Under the pieces are notes generated by a model. The model worked only from the letters and a program-made list of their open reading frames with translations, was not told where the DNA came from and searched no databases. Positions 40,901-54,879 of a stretch of 64,000 nucleotides of DNA are shown here, one piece after another. The stretch's first letter is position 1, and every line of letters starts with the position of its first letter. Both the position numbers and the translations under genes were made by a program. The stretch is from Balanoglossus misakiensis. Its lineage: Eukaryota; Animalia; Hemichordata. The stretch lies in NCBI GenBank assembly GCA_040954595.2, contig CM082578.2, positions 8,975,519 to 9,039,518 on the forward strand. The letters are read 5' to 3'.

Positions 40901-43900
40901 TCATGTGAATTGATGGCGGCCACTGACCATTTGACAGACGGTTCTTGTTTCTCGGGGTCGTACAGAAAGTAATCGGATCTGGTCAGGATAAGACCCCAGT
41001 TCTCCATGGCGCCAAAATAGAAGTCAGGTATAGCAACGATATCTGCAATTGTGACGAAATACGTTATAGTTGTTCTAGGGACTATTGGCCTACAACCAGC
41101 AATGCAATATTTCCTCTCCAATTGTTAGTTCCATGTCGCCACCCTCAACTATCGAGAAGGAGTGTCTTGCTATTATCTGGGCTGTTAGGAAGTATATGAT
41201 GTATTTGTATTGTACAGAGTTCGTATTGCAAACTGATCATCAACCGCTCGTGTACGTCGACCGTGCCAAGTTTATCAACGACCGCGTAATGAGATGGGCT
41301 ATGTTCTTGCAGAACTACAGATTTCGAGTTGAATCCATCAAAGGATCGGACAATCATGGTGCGGACTTCTTTAGTAGAGCAGTTTAGAACGATTGACGGT
41401 TTTGCTAAACAGCATAGACCTTTGGAAATCGAGTTTCATGTTATTGAATTCGCGTTGTAGTAGCAAACTTATAAGTTAGCTCTCAAAAGGGGAGTTATGT
41501 CATGAATTCAATGCATATTCATAGTTTCGTTTGTCGCATTGCGCTTTATTTGACCTGGCGTGTGCGGTCAGTGCGCAGGCGTCCGTGTAATTTTTTTCCG
41601 TATTAAATTTGGAAGTCCACGTGTATGCGTCCCCGTTTTTTTTACCCAAGCAGTTGCTGGAATGAAGGTGGATACGACGCCCAAGTACATGTAAGTTTTG
41701 AACATGTCAATGCGTTAGTAAAAGTTGGTAGTGCGAATCTGAGGGGATATGATGATAGATTTTGATGGTAGCCGCCGTCGTGGATGAATACCGTTCCCTT
41801 TGAACCGGTTGTTCGGGAACTCTCTGTTGAGTCGCGGCTTCGATCGTGACACGCAGCTTTGAATGAATATACAAACATCACTGTTTCTTCCCTGTCATTA
41901 AAATTATCGAACGTAATTGTCATTGCAAATATTTCACAGATGGTATTTTGTCGTTTCGTTAATTACTGGCAAAATAAATCAGAGCCTTCTTTTCTGACAA
42001 TAAAATATCTTGAAGATCCAAAGTGTCTCTTGGTGGCAAGCAAATTTTCCTCACGCCGTGACACACCCTCATATTCAAATTTCTTGGTAGAAACGCACAA
42101 GGAAAAAACAAAAGAATTGATGTAGACTGTGTATAGAGGCGCTACCCCACACGTGCTGCTTTATGACATCTTACAACATATCCAGTCCAAAGCCAGGAAC
42201 TGCGAACACGGCGTCCCCTTCTTTCCTCATACGGCCACCTACACACTCACACCTCACACTGTATTTGCGTGTTACAACCTCACCTAATTTTGGCAGAGGG
42301 TAGTCGATTTGCCAGAATTCCTCGAAGAACTTGAGCTGCCTGAAACCAGTTTGCAGACAATAGTCGGCAGCGTGGATGTCATTCTCGTCAGCCCACACTC
42401 TGAGCTACAAAAGTGAAAATATGTGTATGCATATCATCAGTGTCAAGATTACACAAGTACGGAATAACGTTGTCGTTGTTCGGTTTAATATTTTTATTTT
42501 GAATGATCCCAACTTCAGTAATCATAGCCAGTATTCAGTTTTTATTAAAGGCAAACTTTGCAGATCATCTGTATATTTTGTTGAACATGTTGGCTGTCGT
42601 CTGTTTCCTTATACAGTTCGCAAGGCACTGATGCAGTGGCGGGAATCGGAACCTGGACACAAGATGCAGCCCACACTCTCATGGCCCGTATGATGACGAA
42701 AGCGCACCAAAAGCTTACCAGAACATTGTTTGGAGTAACTTCTTCCCTGCTGACGTAGTCGGCTATGACAATGGCGTTCAGGTACGTCGACATGACAACG
42801 TTGGTCTTCTCAAAGTGAGTGGTGTTCCATTGCCCCGTTTCATCGGCGACTGTGTCCGTCATCCGCATGTTCCACAGCGCCTTGCGCGTATTCCGGTGAA
42901 TCAAGGTAAACTGGAATGTAGCCTTGAAGGTTGGCTCGTCAAAGCACGGAAAGACTCGCCGGGCGTTCACTGTCTCCAGCTGGGTTGCGGCCAAGTGTCT
43001 GTAAGATGAAATGGCGTGTGTGTGCGTGCGATCGGTCAAATTATGTTGCCTTAAATTAAGATTTAAATTGCATCATGATTATCGACTATCATACACCGAG
43101 AACAAGAATTTATTAACCTTTAAGTTTGACGAGCGAGTGTCTTCAAACCGAAAATCCAATCTGAGCTGAGGTCACCCGTAACAGCACGCAGCATTAATAC
43201 TTTGAACAATAGCAAGTTTATCCCTTCTGGTACTCTCTAGAACATCCTCTAGTTTTAAAATTATACAATCTGTTAAAGACTGCAATTGCATCCCTCTCTT
43301 CAACGGCATTTTGTTAATTCTAACCCACCCTGAGGACCATCACGTGATTTCATTCTGGCTCTCAGACCCCACTCCCCCCATCCCCGACCCAGGAAAAAAA
43401 TGCTTGAAAATCACCATCATCTATTTGCTTCCTGATAGCTTGATTTACGGGTGAGAAAAAATCGAGTACGTTCATGTAACAATCAGAGATATCTATGGAG
43501 GCCAGTGTGCTATCCACGTTGTTTTTATCGGTCGATAAGTATTTATCCAATTAGGGTAAACATCCAACGAGATAGGCAAGGGAAAATATATAAATGTATA
43601 TCACAATGTATTGTCACCATATCAGTAGTTCATTCGCCGAAGCCATGTAGACTTACGTAAGGCCCTTCGTTCGGTGTATAGTCCGATCCGAAGAAGTTGT
43701 TCGGTCAGACAGATTGCCCATGACGCCTAATCATTACAGATTGACATCACAGTTCTTCTTTCGAATTTCGATAACATTTTGTGTGCGTGCTATTAATTGT
43801 TTTCGACGAAGGTACATTGTAAGCCTCTGCATTTCGCATCCCGGCACATTTACCAACACGTGCACGTGCTTTCGCCGTCGGCTTTCGCGTAGCAATATTT

Positions 43901-46900
43901 TTAACCATAAACTACATCATCCACCCAAACGCATTTGCAGATTATCATTCCATCGGGAAGGGGTGTGAGTAGGGATCCGGAAATCGACGAATTTTACGTT
44001 TCCATGAGCATAAACGCTTCTCGTATACGGTTCTAACTTAACTCACATGATGTTGTCGGCTAACATCGTTCTTCCTTGAATTAATCATGGTCTTCATTGA
44101 AAAAATTCCAACCTAATTATTCAAAGCTGGATATAATCATTACCATCGCTCTTATAGCCGCCATTAATTGTCGAAATATTTCAATCTTTTACAAATATCT
44201 CAATCTGGCTTATGTTTGTTACGCCAGCTGTGGCACTCTGATGGACCAATCATAATTACTGGCAGAATTATAAATTAAATGTATACTTCACTTTGAAGTC
44301 TGCGCATCTGGAGTGAAGCAATACTATCTAGTCTGCGTGTCACATCATCTGAGTAAATACAAGGTCTAGGCAACAGGATGTGAATTGTTGACGTCAACAC
44401 ACTGAATACTGTTATGTGGGAAACACGGTATATACGTTTCCATGGTTCAATGTCTAAACTTGAGAGGGTTTCTTATTCCCCGTTTGACAAAAAGGACGTA
44501 ACTACTTGCAGATTATGAGGTTTACAGGTATTATACAGGAGGGGGTTTGGCTTGGGAATTTGGGGTAGGTTGGTCAAGTAAATTATGACCCGCTGTCGAA
44601 AATGGTACTATAAAAGTACCCGCTCAAGATGATTTTACCAATATGTCCCCTCTAATATTTAGAATCACAACCCGAGGCTTTTCCCTCTTCACTGACATTT
44701 CTCCAACCCACGATGTCAATGGTCAAAAATATCAGCATCTACTATCGACACAAATCTGTAACACGACTAAGCCTACATGTTTCAACATGACATTTTCCCA
44801 GAACACTGAATAATTCATTCATGGAAATGCTTATTAGTTAATGACTACTATTTAATGTGACTACTATTTAACGTCATAGTTTTTTCCTCCAGTTAACCGT
44901 AATTATTCGTCTGACGAGTATTCAATTATCCATTGACAAATGTGATCATTTGATAAGATCTGCATTTGCATTCATCTGACGGACGATGATGTTTTTGAGG
45001 AATTGAGATTTGATCAACGTGAAAAACAAAAGTGAAAAACGACGTTATTGGGTGAACCGCATGAATGGAATTGGGCTTTTCTTTTCAATTGGATTGTTTA
45101 TCAGTATACGTCATATTTCAAGAAGATGTTGTTTTTTCTCAAAAGGTGTCCGTTCATCATTTGAAGCCGTACAACTGAAACGCGCCTTCGTGCGTTTCCT
45201 CCCCTAAAAATAAATACTGGCCGATGTGTTGTTGAAGGAATGAGAGAATGTCATTGACCGGTGCGGCTTGCCAGCCTTTCAAGCGGTGGCATAACTGTGA
45301 AATTACCTTGGTGAATGGTCACCACTACTGTAACAGTCACCGTGTGTAACATTCCAGGGCCAGCAATGATGGTGAGTGAAGGTAAAAGCTGCTTTGTCGA
45401 CATCTAGCTCTAGAAAAATGACCCGTCTCATCGATCGTCCACCCGCACGGGTCGTTAGCTCGACTCCAGTCTCCAACTAACTGTTTTCGAGGAGCATCCG
45501 GCTGCCCGGATAAGAAACCTTGGCAAGCAAAGATGGACCCTTCTACTACCGCATTTCCCCCTTTCGCCAGATGAATTGTGATTTCTACTCTATTTTATGA
45601 AATATGACCCCACCCCGATTTCGCAGCCCCCTTTCATAACAACTGAAAGCTTCCTCAAGTTACCGTGCTTAATTATTGAGATGTGTATTGTGTGGTTAAA
45701 TATAGTGCGAATTTGTCACGTTGTGCTTAGCAGGAAGTTCACTTCTTTTGCTTCACAACATGCACCGATAGGCATTCAAATTGTCGTATGTCATGCATGT
45801 ACGTCACACTCATGCAACTGTGTTTTGCCGACCACAAGGGAATTATAGTGAAATTAATGGACGCCTGAGTTTAGACATATGTTAAACATTATACTGCTAT
45901 TAAACGTGTATGAACTCATGTGTGAAAAATCATGTTTCCCTTTTCTATTTTCTACAAGCAATTTCGTTAGGGTTAACAACATGTCAGGTGTTTCATCTGT
46001 AAATTTTCCTCCACTGACAGACGACAGAGCAATCTAAGACGTAAGTGCGGCGGTTCCACGCTGCTGAAATGTAAGGCGTGCCGAAGTATCGAAGTCGCCA
46101 ACGTGATACATGGTAGTTTATCTAGGATTAAAGTTTTAGGACGCCGCTTACAAACATTGGCCGTTTTACTGCTGCCAACCTCAATAACACAACGCTGAGT
46201 TATCATTGCTAATAAACAAATAGGGAGAACTTCGAGTACTCACTTGACTTCGCCGTTTTTGGTGTAGTTGCTGAGGTAGTAGCCCATCAAATCCGGCTGC
46301 AAGAGCGTGCCGACGAACGACATGCCGACGCGGTACACCTCACCTGCCGCCAAGACACTCCCGGGGGCGAGGTGGATCTCCAGGTAGTCATATTTGGCGT
46401 TTTCTTGCACATCCGAGTGCGGGACAACCGTTCCGTCCGCCGTTGTCACCACAACCGAGTCGTGGTCCACCGCGAGACTTTGGTGGGCGTGCAGAACTAT
46501 CGCCGAAGTGGGCTTTTGGCAGGTGATGTTGATCGCCGCAGAGCCTTCAAAAGTGAACTGTTTCGTGCCGTCTCCGGCGTCGAGGTACGTCTTGAGTGTC
46601 ACGTCATAATGCGCCGGTAAAAGATCCCTCGACAAGTATCCGTCGTAAGTTTCGCGCTCGTCTACGATAATCTCAGGTGGAGGCGGCAACCCATTGTACG
46701 GATCTTCTCCGACGATCGGCACTGCGCCGCCGTCGCCTACCGCCAAGAAATACGTGGTCAGCGCAGTCCCGGCGATCAGTAGAGCAGTTACGACCATAAT
46801 ACTGACCCATCCTTTGACAGAAACGTAGCAGCCCGATTTCCTCTCCTTTACATAGGCGTTGTGGTTTTCTATATCTCCATTCTGGATGTGAGCTTTCTGC

Positions 46901-46902
46901 AT
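36293..46902 (-). CDS. ANPEP: Aminopeptidase N-like (M1 family, type II membrane zinc metallopeptidase) gene 1, 17 coding exons, 977 aa
   Basis: Exons (high to low): 46902-46244, 42998-42719, 42404-42284, 41042-40888, 40593-40480, 40128-39988, 39727-39596, 39471-39281, 39087-38999, 38811-38678, 38502-38299, 38081-38008, 37803-37693, 37453-37283, 36909-36781, 36665-36593, 36448-36293; phases consistent. Motifs: N-terminal TM, ARRVFPCFDEP, GAMENWG, HEIAHKWFGNLVT..WWDNIWLNEG, ISYQKG, GFYRVNYD. One-to-one orthology to ANPEP is not established. Confidence 0.93.
37849..37952. repeat. (GAT)n interrupted trinucleotide microsatellite in an aminopeptidase intron
   Basis: Directly visible; it generates the spurious poly-M and poly-I ORFs. 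Confidence 0.97.
40193..40348. repeat. Compound (ACTG)n(TTCA)n microsatellite, intronic
   Basis: Directly visible. Confidence 0.97.
41145..42168 (+). mobile_element. 5'-truncated Ty3/Gypsy LTR retrotransposon remnant (RNase H end, PPT and 3' LTR), antisense in intron 3 of aminopeptidase gene 1
   Basis: STIEKECLAIIWAVRKY..YLY..EFVLQTDHQPL...RVMRWAMFLQNYRF.V..IKG..N..ADFFSR* (stop at 41387) is the Gypsy RNase H C-half. Polypurine tract aaaaggggag at ~41485-41494; candidate LTR TGTCATGA (41498) ... TTATGACA (42168) with inverted termini and internal AATAAA. Confidence 0.88.
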
Positions 46903-49900
46903 AATGTCTTGAGGCTGCGACGGATTATGCCAACTGATGCCGTAATACTGGTCGATAGTGCGTGTCGATGCACGGACGCTACTGTGTGCCGGTGGAAACA
47001 ATGGACATTATGAAATTGACAAATGTCGCTATCTCTTGAAAACGAAATAACCTATGACCCCGCTATGATATCACATAATGATAATGACAGGAACATTCGT
47101 CACGAACCGTGACGGGCCTATGACTGAAGCACCGAGAAGTTTGCCGACCAACAACGCGTGGGACCGTATCAGTCAGTCAATTTTTACTTCTTTTACCAGG
47201 GATCGTTTTAAGACAACTTTGCGCCCCTTTTACAGCCCACTTGCAATATAATCTGTGATCGTATTACGTTTTGTGCTCACAGAGAGAAGTAGTTAAGTAA
47301 GAGCGTACACTTACAAGGTCAATAGTCAAATTGGTGCCCACGCACTCTTTGCATCACTTGTCAAGTTTCCAATTCTAACCGTTCCAAGGCCAATCATATA
47401 ACACTTATTTTTTTGCATTATTTTCATGTTTTGCTTTTCAAATCTAAAATTGATTCATGTGATTCACGTCCTTAACGAGGACCTTTTAACATGTACGTGT
47501 ATCATTGAACCTTGACTGGTAGTTTCTGTTCAAGGTTTAGAAAAGAAATGGCAAACAGGCGCAGAGCTAAAATATGACCATCTTCATGATGTACATGTAA
47601 TGCAAAAACAGTTTTACATGGTGTGTATACACACTGGATGTACTGTGACATCGGTTTCCGTTATGGTGGGTCTCCAAAGTAGTCGAATTCACATCTAAAG
47701 GAAATCTGTCGCCAGTTTTGCCAATAACAAATGAATGTTGGCGTGTCTTAACGAATTGTCAGTTTAACGAGGAGAGTTCATGTTCTTCAATGAAGGAAAT
47801 TTAGCAGCTGTGTGAATGGGGAACACGAAATAAAACTAGCGATTGAACAGGAGAGATTGGTACTTAACTAATTCCCTTATTCATAACAAACTTAATTAGG
47901 TGATCCAACGTTAATCTAAATGTTATGTGACCCATGCTGACAGGAATGGCGAGAATCCCATTCATTTTTTTTTCGGGAGAAAATTCGAGCAAATACCTTG
48001 GCTGTAATCGGACACGCCGGAGAAGGTCAATGTGGCGTGGATTTGTTTTGCGCATTCAATAAATAGTGAGATTTAATCGAGAGAAAAAAAAGATGCGAGG
48101 ATAACATAATTTATGTTGGGAGGTTAAACGAGAATTTTTGCTTTTATCGTTTCACTTAATTGGCAATCCAAAAACTGTCCGACTGATTGGAAAGGCCTCG
48201 TGAAGCGTTCACCGCGCGTGCTACAACGAACTGCATTTTCTTGTCCCTTCAGATAAAAGTGTTCCTTGTCGGAGCAGTTAACGTGAGTAATTCGTTCATT
48301 TCGTGTTGGTTCAGGCCATTAACCAATCACATAACACGTGATAATTGCGTTTTGATGTGGGACCCGTGGCAGATCATGTGGGTTCGCGCCATAACATTGT
48401 ACGTCGCTGTTTCGTTTGCCGCCTCATTACGCCAATTTATCTGGTAGTTATGAACACCATATGTCGCAAGGAGCATGCACCAAATGTATTTATGCGAACG
48501 CACATGCTGCAATCAGAGAAACTTATCTGGGAATTCAACAGGAGATGATTAGGTTAATGAGGGGAGGTCACTTCTCCCAGCACACATGTACCTATTCAGT
48601 AGAGACGGAGGAGCAGACTACAAAGGCGCGTGCACATTCGCGATTTTCATTTTCAGGCACGGTTTATTCATAATTTGGTTATGATTCCAAATACCCGAAG
48701 GTCAAATATTAGGCGTTGCCATTTGGGGGCGCTGCTCTGCTACTCTGATCCGGAGGTTCATGTGGTTTTGCGAACGATGCCATGCCATGGTAACAAAAAA
48801 ATCGGAGAATAGCTATCACCGATTCTTACATGGCTTATAGAATGACAACTGACACTTGATAAATCTTGCATAACGAGACAAAAGAGTCACACGTGCAAAA
48901 ACTTCACGCCATTTCATATTTACCATCGCCACCTGTCTTTTGAAGAGGTGTCAGGATCGTTTGCTCTGTAAATAACGCCCTCAGTGTCGGTGTTTTGACT
49001 CTGTCTTCAACGCTAGGGAAGGAATCACGGAGGAAAATTGTCAGTACAGAAGGCATGCGCGTGTAGAGGGAGGGAGGCGACTTCACCAAATCATGACAAT
49101 CAGGGGGATAGGCTTAAATGTTATGCGTGCGTGATAATCCGACAATCACTTCAAGTGGTTTACTTAGAGCAACCACCAAATATTTCTGCCACAAATCGTG
49201 ACACTATATTTAAATTATTACCAATCACAAATCTGCTCTGAACCTAACAATGTGACTTACTACCCAAACTAGTGAATCAGCGATCCCACCTCAAGCTCTT
49301 TCATACAATGTGGCAAAATGAAACTTAATCCACGTTTGCATGTATGTGTATATGTAAAAATGCTTAACCACGCTCCCTCTTACTAGTACCATGGATGTTA
49401 GAATTTTGACCAAAAAAATCTTGACAATTATCTGTAAATGCGCCCTCTACAGGTATACCTTTGTAGGGCAGCAGGATTTCGTGCCTGGTGAAAACAATTG
49501 CACCTGCTACTCAGTCAGAACTGTTGAATCTTCACTTTGACTTAAAATGTAGAGAACGTTCTTTATCTAGTTCAGGGATGAAATCGTTATAAAACTTCAA
49601 GTTTTATTCGACGTGACACCACAAAAACTTCCGAAAATCACATGCGCTGTTTGGCATACAGTTGTTTAATAAACTTACTTTTTAATAGGCCCACATCAAA
49701 ATGAAGAGATGTTTTACAGCGAAACGTAGACTTTACAACTGTCGGCGGGAATTAAAACCAACGACCTGTCGTGCGTGGTCTTACACTATATTGTCCCTGG
49801 AGTTTATTCGACCGCCCAAAATTTACAAATAACCGATCGTTTCCCCCGGTGTACGTGTATCCACACTTCGTGTCGTCGTGTCGGGTAACGGCGGATATGT

Positions 49901-50784
49901 CAGGCAGGGGTGGCCTCGTGTACTTGATGTTTATACTGTCCGCCATTTATAGAGGATGTCTTGACCACTTGACAGAGCTGGGGAATACGACAGCACGTAA
50001 GTGTCGCCACGCTGTTGATTCGTAAAGTACACAAAGCGTCACGAGTCAGATGCAGGTCGCGATATTATGTTCCCAGGCAGGCGCCCAGAAACCTCTGTGA
50101 AGAGCGATCACGCGTTCTGTGACCACAGATCATCTACACGAGCCAATAGTCTCCCAATTGGTCGTTTTCTGGTGCAAAGAAGACCTTGCGACAGGAACGG
50201 GAGCAGTTCGGCAGGAAAGAGTGAATTTGACTGGGAAACACGGTATTTCGAATCATTCCCACATCATTCAAGTCTATTACAGAGTATCCAGAAGAGATTG
50301 AATAATCTCCTGTACATGCAAGGCCGCTGGTATTGACTTTGTGCATCTTCCGCTTATGAATTGGTGGGTTGATGATAACATAAACAAGCCGAAACAAGTG
50401 ATGTAAAGGAAAGCAACGAGTAAGAGAATCGGCATTTTGACAACAGCAACACAGAAGACTTCGATACCGCAGAAGTCCTGAATTATTTTTTTTTATCCAT
50501 GGAAGAGAACGGAATGTACAAGTAGATATTCTTTTGACCATTCTTACCCACATTACATAACTACATTAAATATTCAAGTATATATAATTTTTATGCAACA
50601 AAGGACTAGTAATCCTAATTGTGTCTAACAATTAAAAAAGTCAAACATGAGTTAGGTTCTCCAGTCTTTAATAGACTTTTCTAGTATTGATCAACAACGT
50701 AGTGGAGCGCATGATTGTTTAAAGACTGGCATGAACACAAACGCGAATCATTTCAGTAAACATTTCATTTACTACGCGAAGAAA

Positions 50785-53700
50785 TCATATGTCTTTCGTC
50801 ACATCGTCGAACCACAACTTCAGTTCATCGTAGTTTCTGTTCATCCAGGCAATGTTCAGGTCGACTCGGTGAAGCGCGGCATAAAAGTTCCTGGCGGCAC
50901 TCTCAGACATGTCACTGTGGGCCCTGGCAAAGGCTTCAAGCTATAAAAATAAACAAGACATGGAGTCGCGAGTATGAGCGCATCTCGTTTAGCCAAGGGG
51001 TTGTATAATACCACACTTGATGTCTTTCCAAACCAGTAACTTGTATTTGCGATTGTACGCATGCGCATCACATCCAGGGGGCGTGTTTGTTTGATTCCGT
51101 TCTCCCCGTTAAATATTTTATTCGAAATAGTACGTTTAGCTTTCTCTTTCATGCTTCTCGAGATGCCATAATTCTGCTATCACAGACAATATAAACATAT
51201 ACACACGCGTGAAGTACACGACCAATCAGTATACTGAGAATTTTAATCAGCATTGTATGTATTACGTACAGTGTATGTGCGCACAACTCTACGAGGAATT
51301 GGACAGAACGTATAGTTATTAAACGAACACAGAAAACGAGAAATGTTACAAATTATGCCTACCATTCCCTTCTCTGTCTCGGTATTCATCTCATCTGCAA
51401 ACCCCCAAACGATATCATATGCAGAATCTCCATATCTGTAAGTAAGTTACAACAAGTTTACATCCGTTAATTGGTTGTGATTGGTAGGTGCTCGGGTGAA
51501 AATGTCGGTATACGTGTCTGTATGTCTGTCTGTTGACTGCCTACCACATTGCCCTCTTTCTAAAACATTATCTTCACGTGACTATTAGTAATATACTTAC
51601 GTTTCAAATAACTGTTCAAAGTTGTCCATTGTGAATGTCCATGCGATTGAAAAACCGACAGAAGAATACCCCTTGGCGTTTTTAATACCACCGTATGCCC
51701 ATCCATTCTCCAACGAATATTCCAAATATCTGTGCATAAGATACAAACACAATCATATGCATTGCCTTGCAATGCCGGTCGCGGTGAAAACCCATTATAG
51801 TCTCTGAACGATGGGTGTCTTTGATCTCTTCCTACTTTGTGGATGTCGGCAAATGAAATTGAAAATTTGAAAATTCTGCTAACCTTGACAAGAGGTAGGT
51901 CACCTGTGTGCACGCCATGCACGCCTGCAGATAACTCCTGTCAATAGAAGGTGTTGATTCACTCTCGTACATGTCCATGGCAAACTCCCATTCGACTTCG
52001 TTGCCATAGCGGATGGCAGTGCAGTACACCGTCTGTTTCGTGTCCGCCCTGATTCTGAAGTATAACAATGGCATACCCGTTGAGGCATGTGGCGGTGTGT
52101 TATTGATGAGACAGCAGGGGTAAATTTTGACATTTTCCGTGTGTTTACTCATGTCACCACGTAGTATGTGAAACTCGAAAGAACAGGAAACTACTGTTGA
52201 ACTACTTTAATATACTAAGAAATTCAATAAAAAACTTACGACCTCGTGGTCTTAGATGAAATCAATATTTCGTGATCGGCGTTACTCATGTGATAATGTG
52301 CACATCATCTAGCCAACCATCTCCTTTTAGCATCATCATTAAAGCAGTCACCATGACGACGACGACGATGATGACAATGCTCTCATATTACTCATTTTCA
52401 ATTTAACAAATAGCACAACAACAATGTTCGGAGTCCGACTTCGAATTCACAATGCAAGATGCCATGAAATCAATGAAAAATTTCCCCGTTGCCATGGAAT
52501 GGAAGTATATCACTCTCATTCCCCAAGTACTCTTGATACTTACGAATTGTTGCCAGTTTCCATCCAGTAGTTGTACTGGACACTGCATGCGTCCACGCAG
52601 TCCGCGTGGGCATGCGCACAGGCGACTGCTATAGCCGTCATCGTGTTCATGCTGTAATTGTAATCATGAAAAAAAAGTAAGAAATGACCCAAAGAAAAAA
52701 ACACTATTTATTAAGGCACTGACTAATTACTTATTACAGATACAACTAGCATTGGGTATAGCCACCTTGCCACAGGCAACCGATAAGCTGATTGTACAGT
52801 TTACCTGATTTACAGAGTGAATGTGTTTGATTTTGTTCACACGGTGAGTTTGTGCGGTAAACTGAAATTCGCTGCCGTGCAACAATGGCTGCTGCAATCA
52901 AATCAAATGACATCCCCAGCGTTACTTACTAGACAAGCAAGTCTTCGTCGGTAAAGTCCCATCCATACCTGTCGTACATGGGATCTATAAGATTACGCAT
53001 GTATTTCTGAAAAGGGTGACGGAAAGACGAATAAGATTAAGTTATCATTTGGTAAGATTCACGACATACAGTGACTTACATGACTGCAGCAATATAGTCA
53101 TTTTCATTTCCAATAGGAATTATCTCCCCAAAGCTTTCTGTAGGCCTACGTTTGTCAAAACTGCCAAAAGACTTCTGTGACACAGACGTTCAGAGGAAAG
53201 ACAAGCAGTTCAAATCTTCTTACAGTTAGATAATTAAATTATACCCACATTTGAAGTTCGTATGGCCAACAAACGTTTCTAAGCATCTTAAACGGTGACG
53301 TACAGAAACGTTACACTTACCTCGTAATAACCATAGGCAGTCGTTCGTTTTAACATAGTCTTCGTCCTTCGTATGTTATCTGTGGCAGCTCGCCATGGAC
53401 CGTATTCTACTTCTTTGCTCATATATTCAGTCAACTTCCACGGTATCAGCTGATTCAGTTGGTATCCGTGTGCCAATGTGAACGAATCGGAGAGTAGCTC
53501 TGTGCGGCTGCGTATTGGGATAACCTGTAGTTAAATATTTAGACGTAAAGAGCAAACGTTAACCCAAAAATAAATTAAAGCTGAGTGCCCCCCCCCCCCC
53601 AATAAGATGTGCTGTTCTGATTACATGGTTTTCAAAAATAGGGTAGGTAGGTAGGTAGGGAATTTTTTTTATATTTTGCAATTTGTTTTTATATCTTTGG

Positions 53701-54823
53701 CCGCCGTAGTGTAGAATAATGAAACCAGGCTTCATTGTCACGTCTACCCCAACCTCGTACGCGGTTCGACGTCGGCAAGCCATTTCTTTCCCTGACACGG
53801 TCGACCGTTCGATGAACGGCGCGACCTTCGGCCTGAAAACTGTATTTCGGAAGAACTCAAGAATGTTCGCCGTCGTGTCGCGCAGACGTAGAAATATGAA
53901 CATTAATTGGCACGGAACACCGAAGCCTTCACAGCGAACACTCTGGGGTGTGGCAAAAATAAACACTTTTTTCCTTCCAACCATCAGAAAGAATCGTGAT
54001 GATGAATGCCCTGGGTGAATAAAAAAAGTGGTCCTGTAAATTCTACACACCTCGTGTTCATCAAGCAACTGCTGAGCCAGCTTATTCCAGTTCTCGATTT
54101 CATAATTGACACGATAGTATCCAGCGTTGTGTATATTGAACAAAATCCAATCGTCAAAGGTGGCGCCGCCCACTGTGACGTCAGCTATGGAGGAGAGGAA
54201 AAGACGTATACGTGAGCTCTGGTCGGGCATTGCCTATACTCGATGAAGAATCTCGGTTTCCTGATTCCTTAGTCATGGCGCACACAATAATAGCTATGTG
54301 ATGAAGTACATTGCTTTTTAGCATATGGCGCGCAATATACATATTTCCTGCATTGATCATTTTGCAAACATTTTGCATTATTCAACAGGAGGAGCCGTCA
54401 CGGACACTGAAATATACTGAGCTGTGATCTCACATGCCGTACTTCAATACGTTTTCTGTGAGACATATTCAGGTCACCCTGAACCTTTTCACAGTACTCT
54501 GTCCTAAACGCGTCTTGCTTCGCGATAAATCCCTCTCACGAGTATTTGTTTACGCGCAAGGGACTTAGTAAACATATATCGTACTTCACGTGGATGATAT
54601 TGAATACTAGATCTAGAATCTTAGCCAAACGGTACACTGGAAGAGTCTGTCACAGAGAGCAGTGTATGGAACAGTGTTTATCATGGAAAGTGTATGGACC
54701 ACAAGATGCTAAAGCCAGCCGTGAAAAAGTTACCGATGTTAGATAATTTGTCTGGTTTGAAATGAATCACCGGATCCAATTTAATTCGGTCCATTGCAGA
54801 GATCTACCCATCTGTCTGTCTGT

Positions 54824-54879
<56 letters not shown>

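Noticed and set aside
53559-54230. 223-aa minus-strand ORF
   Set aside because: Only 54184-54051 is an aminopeptidase exon; the rest is intron read-through.
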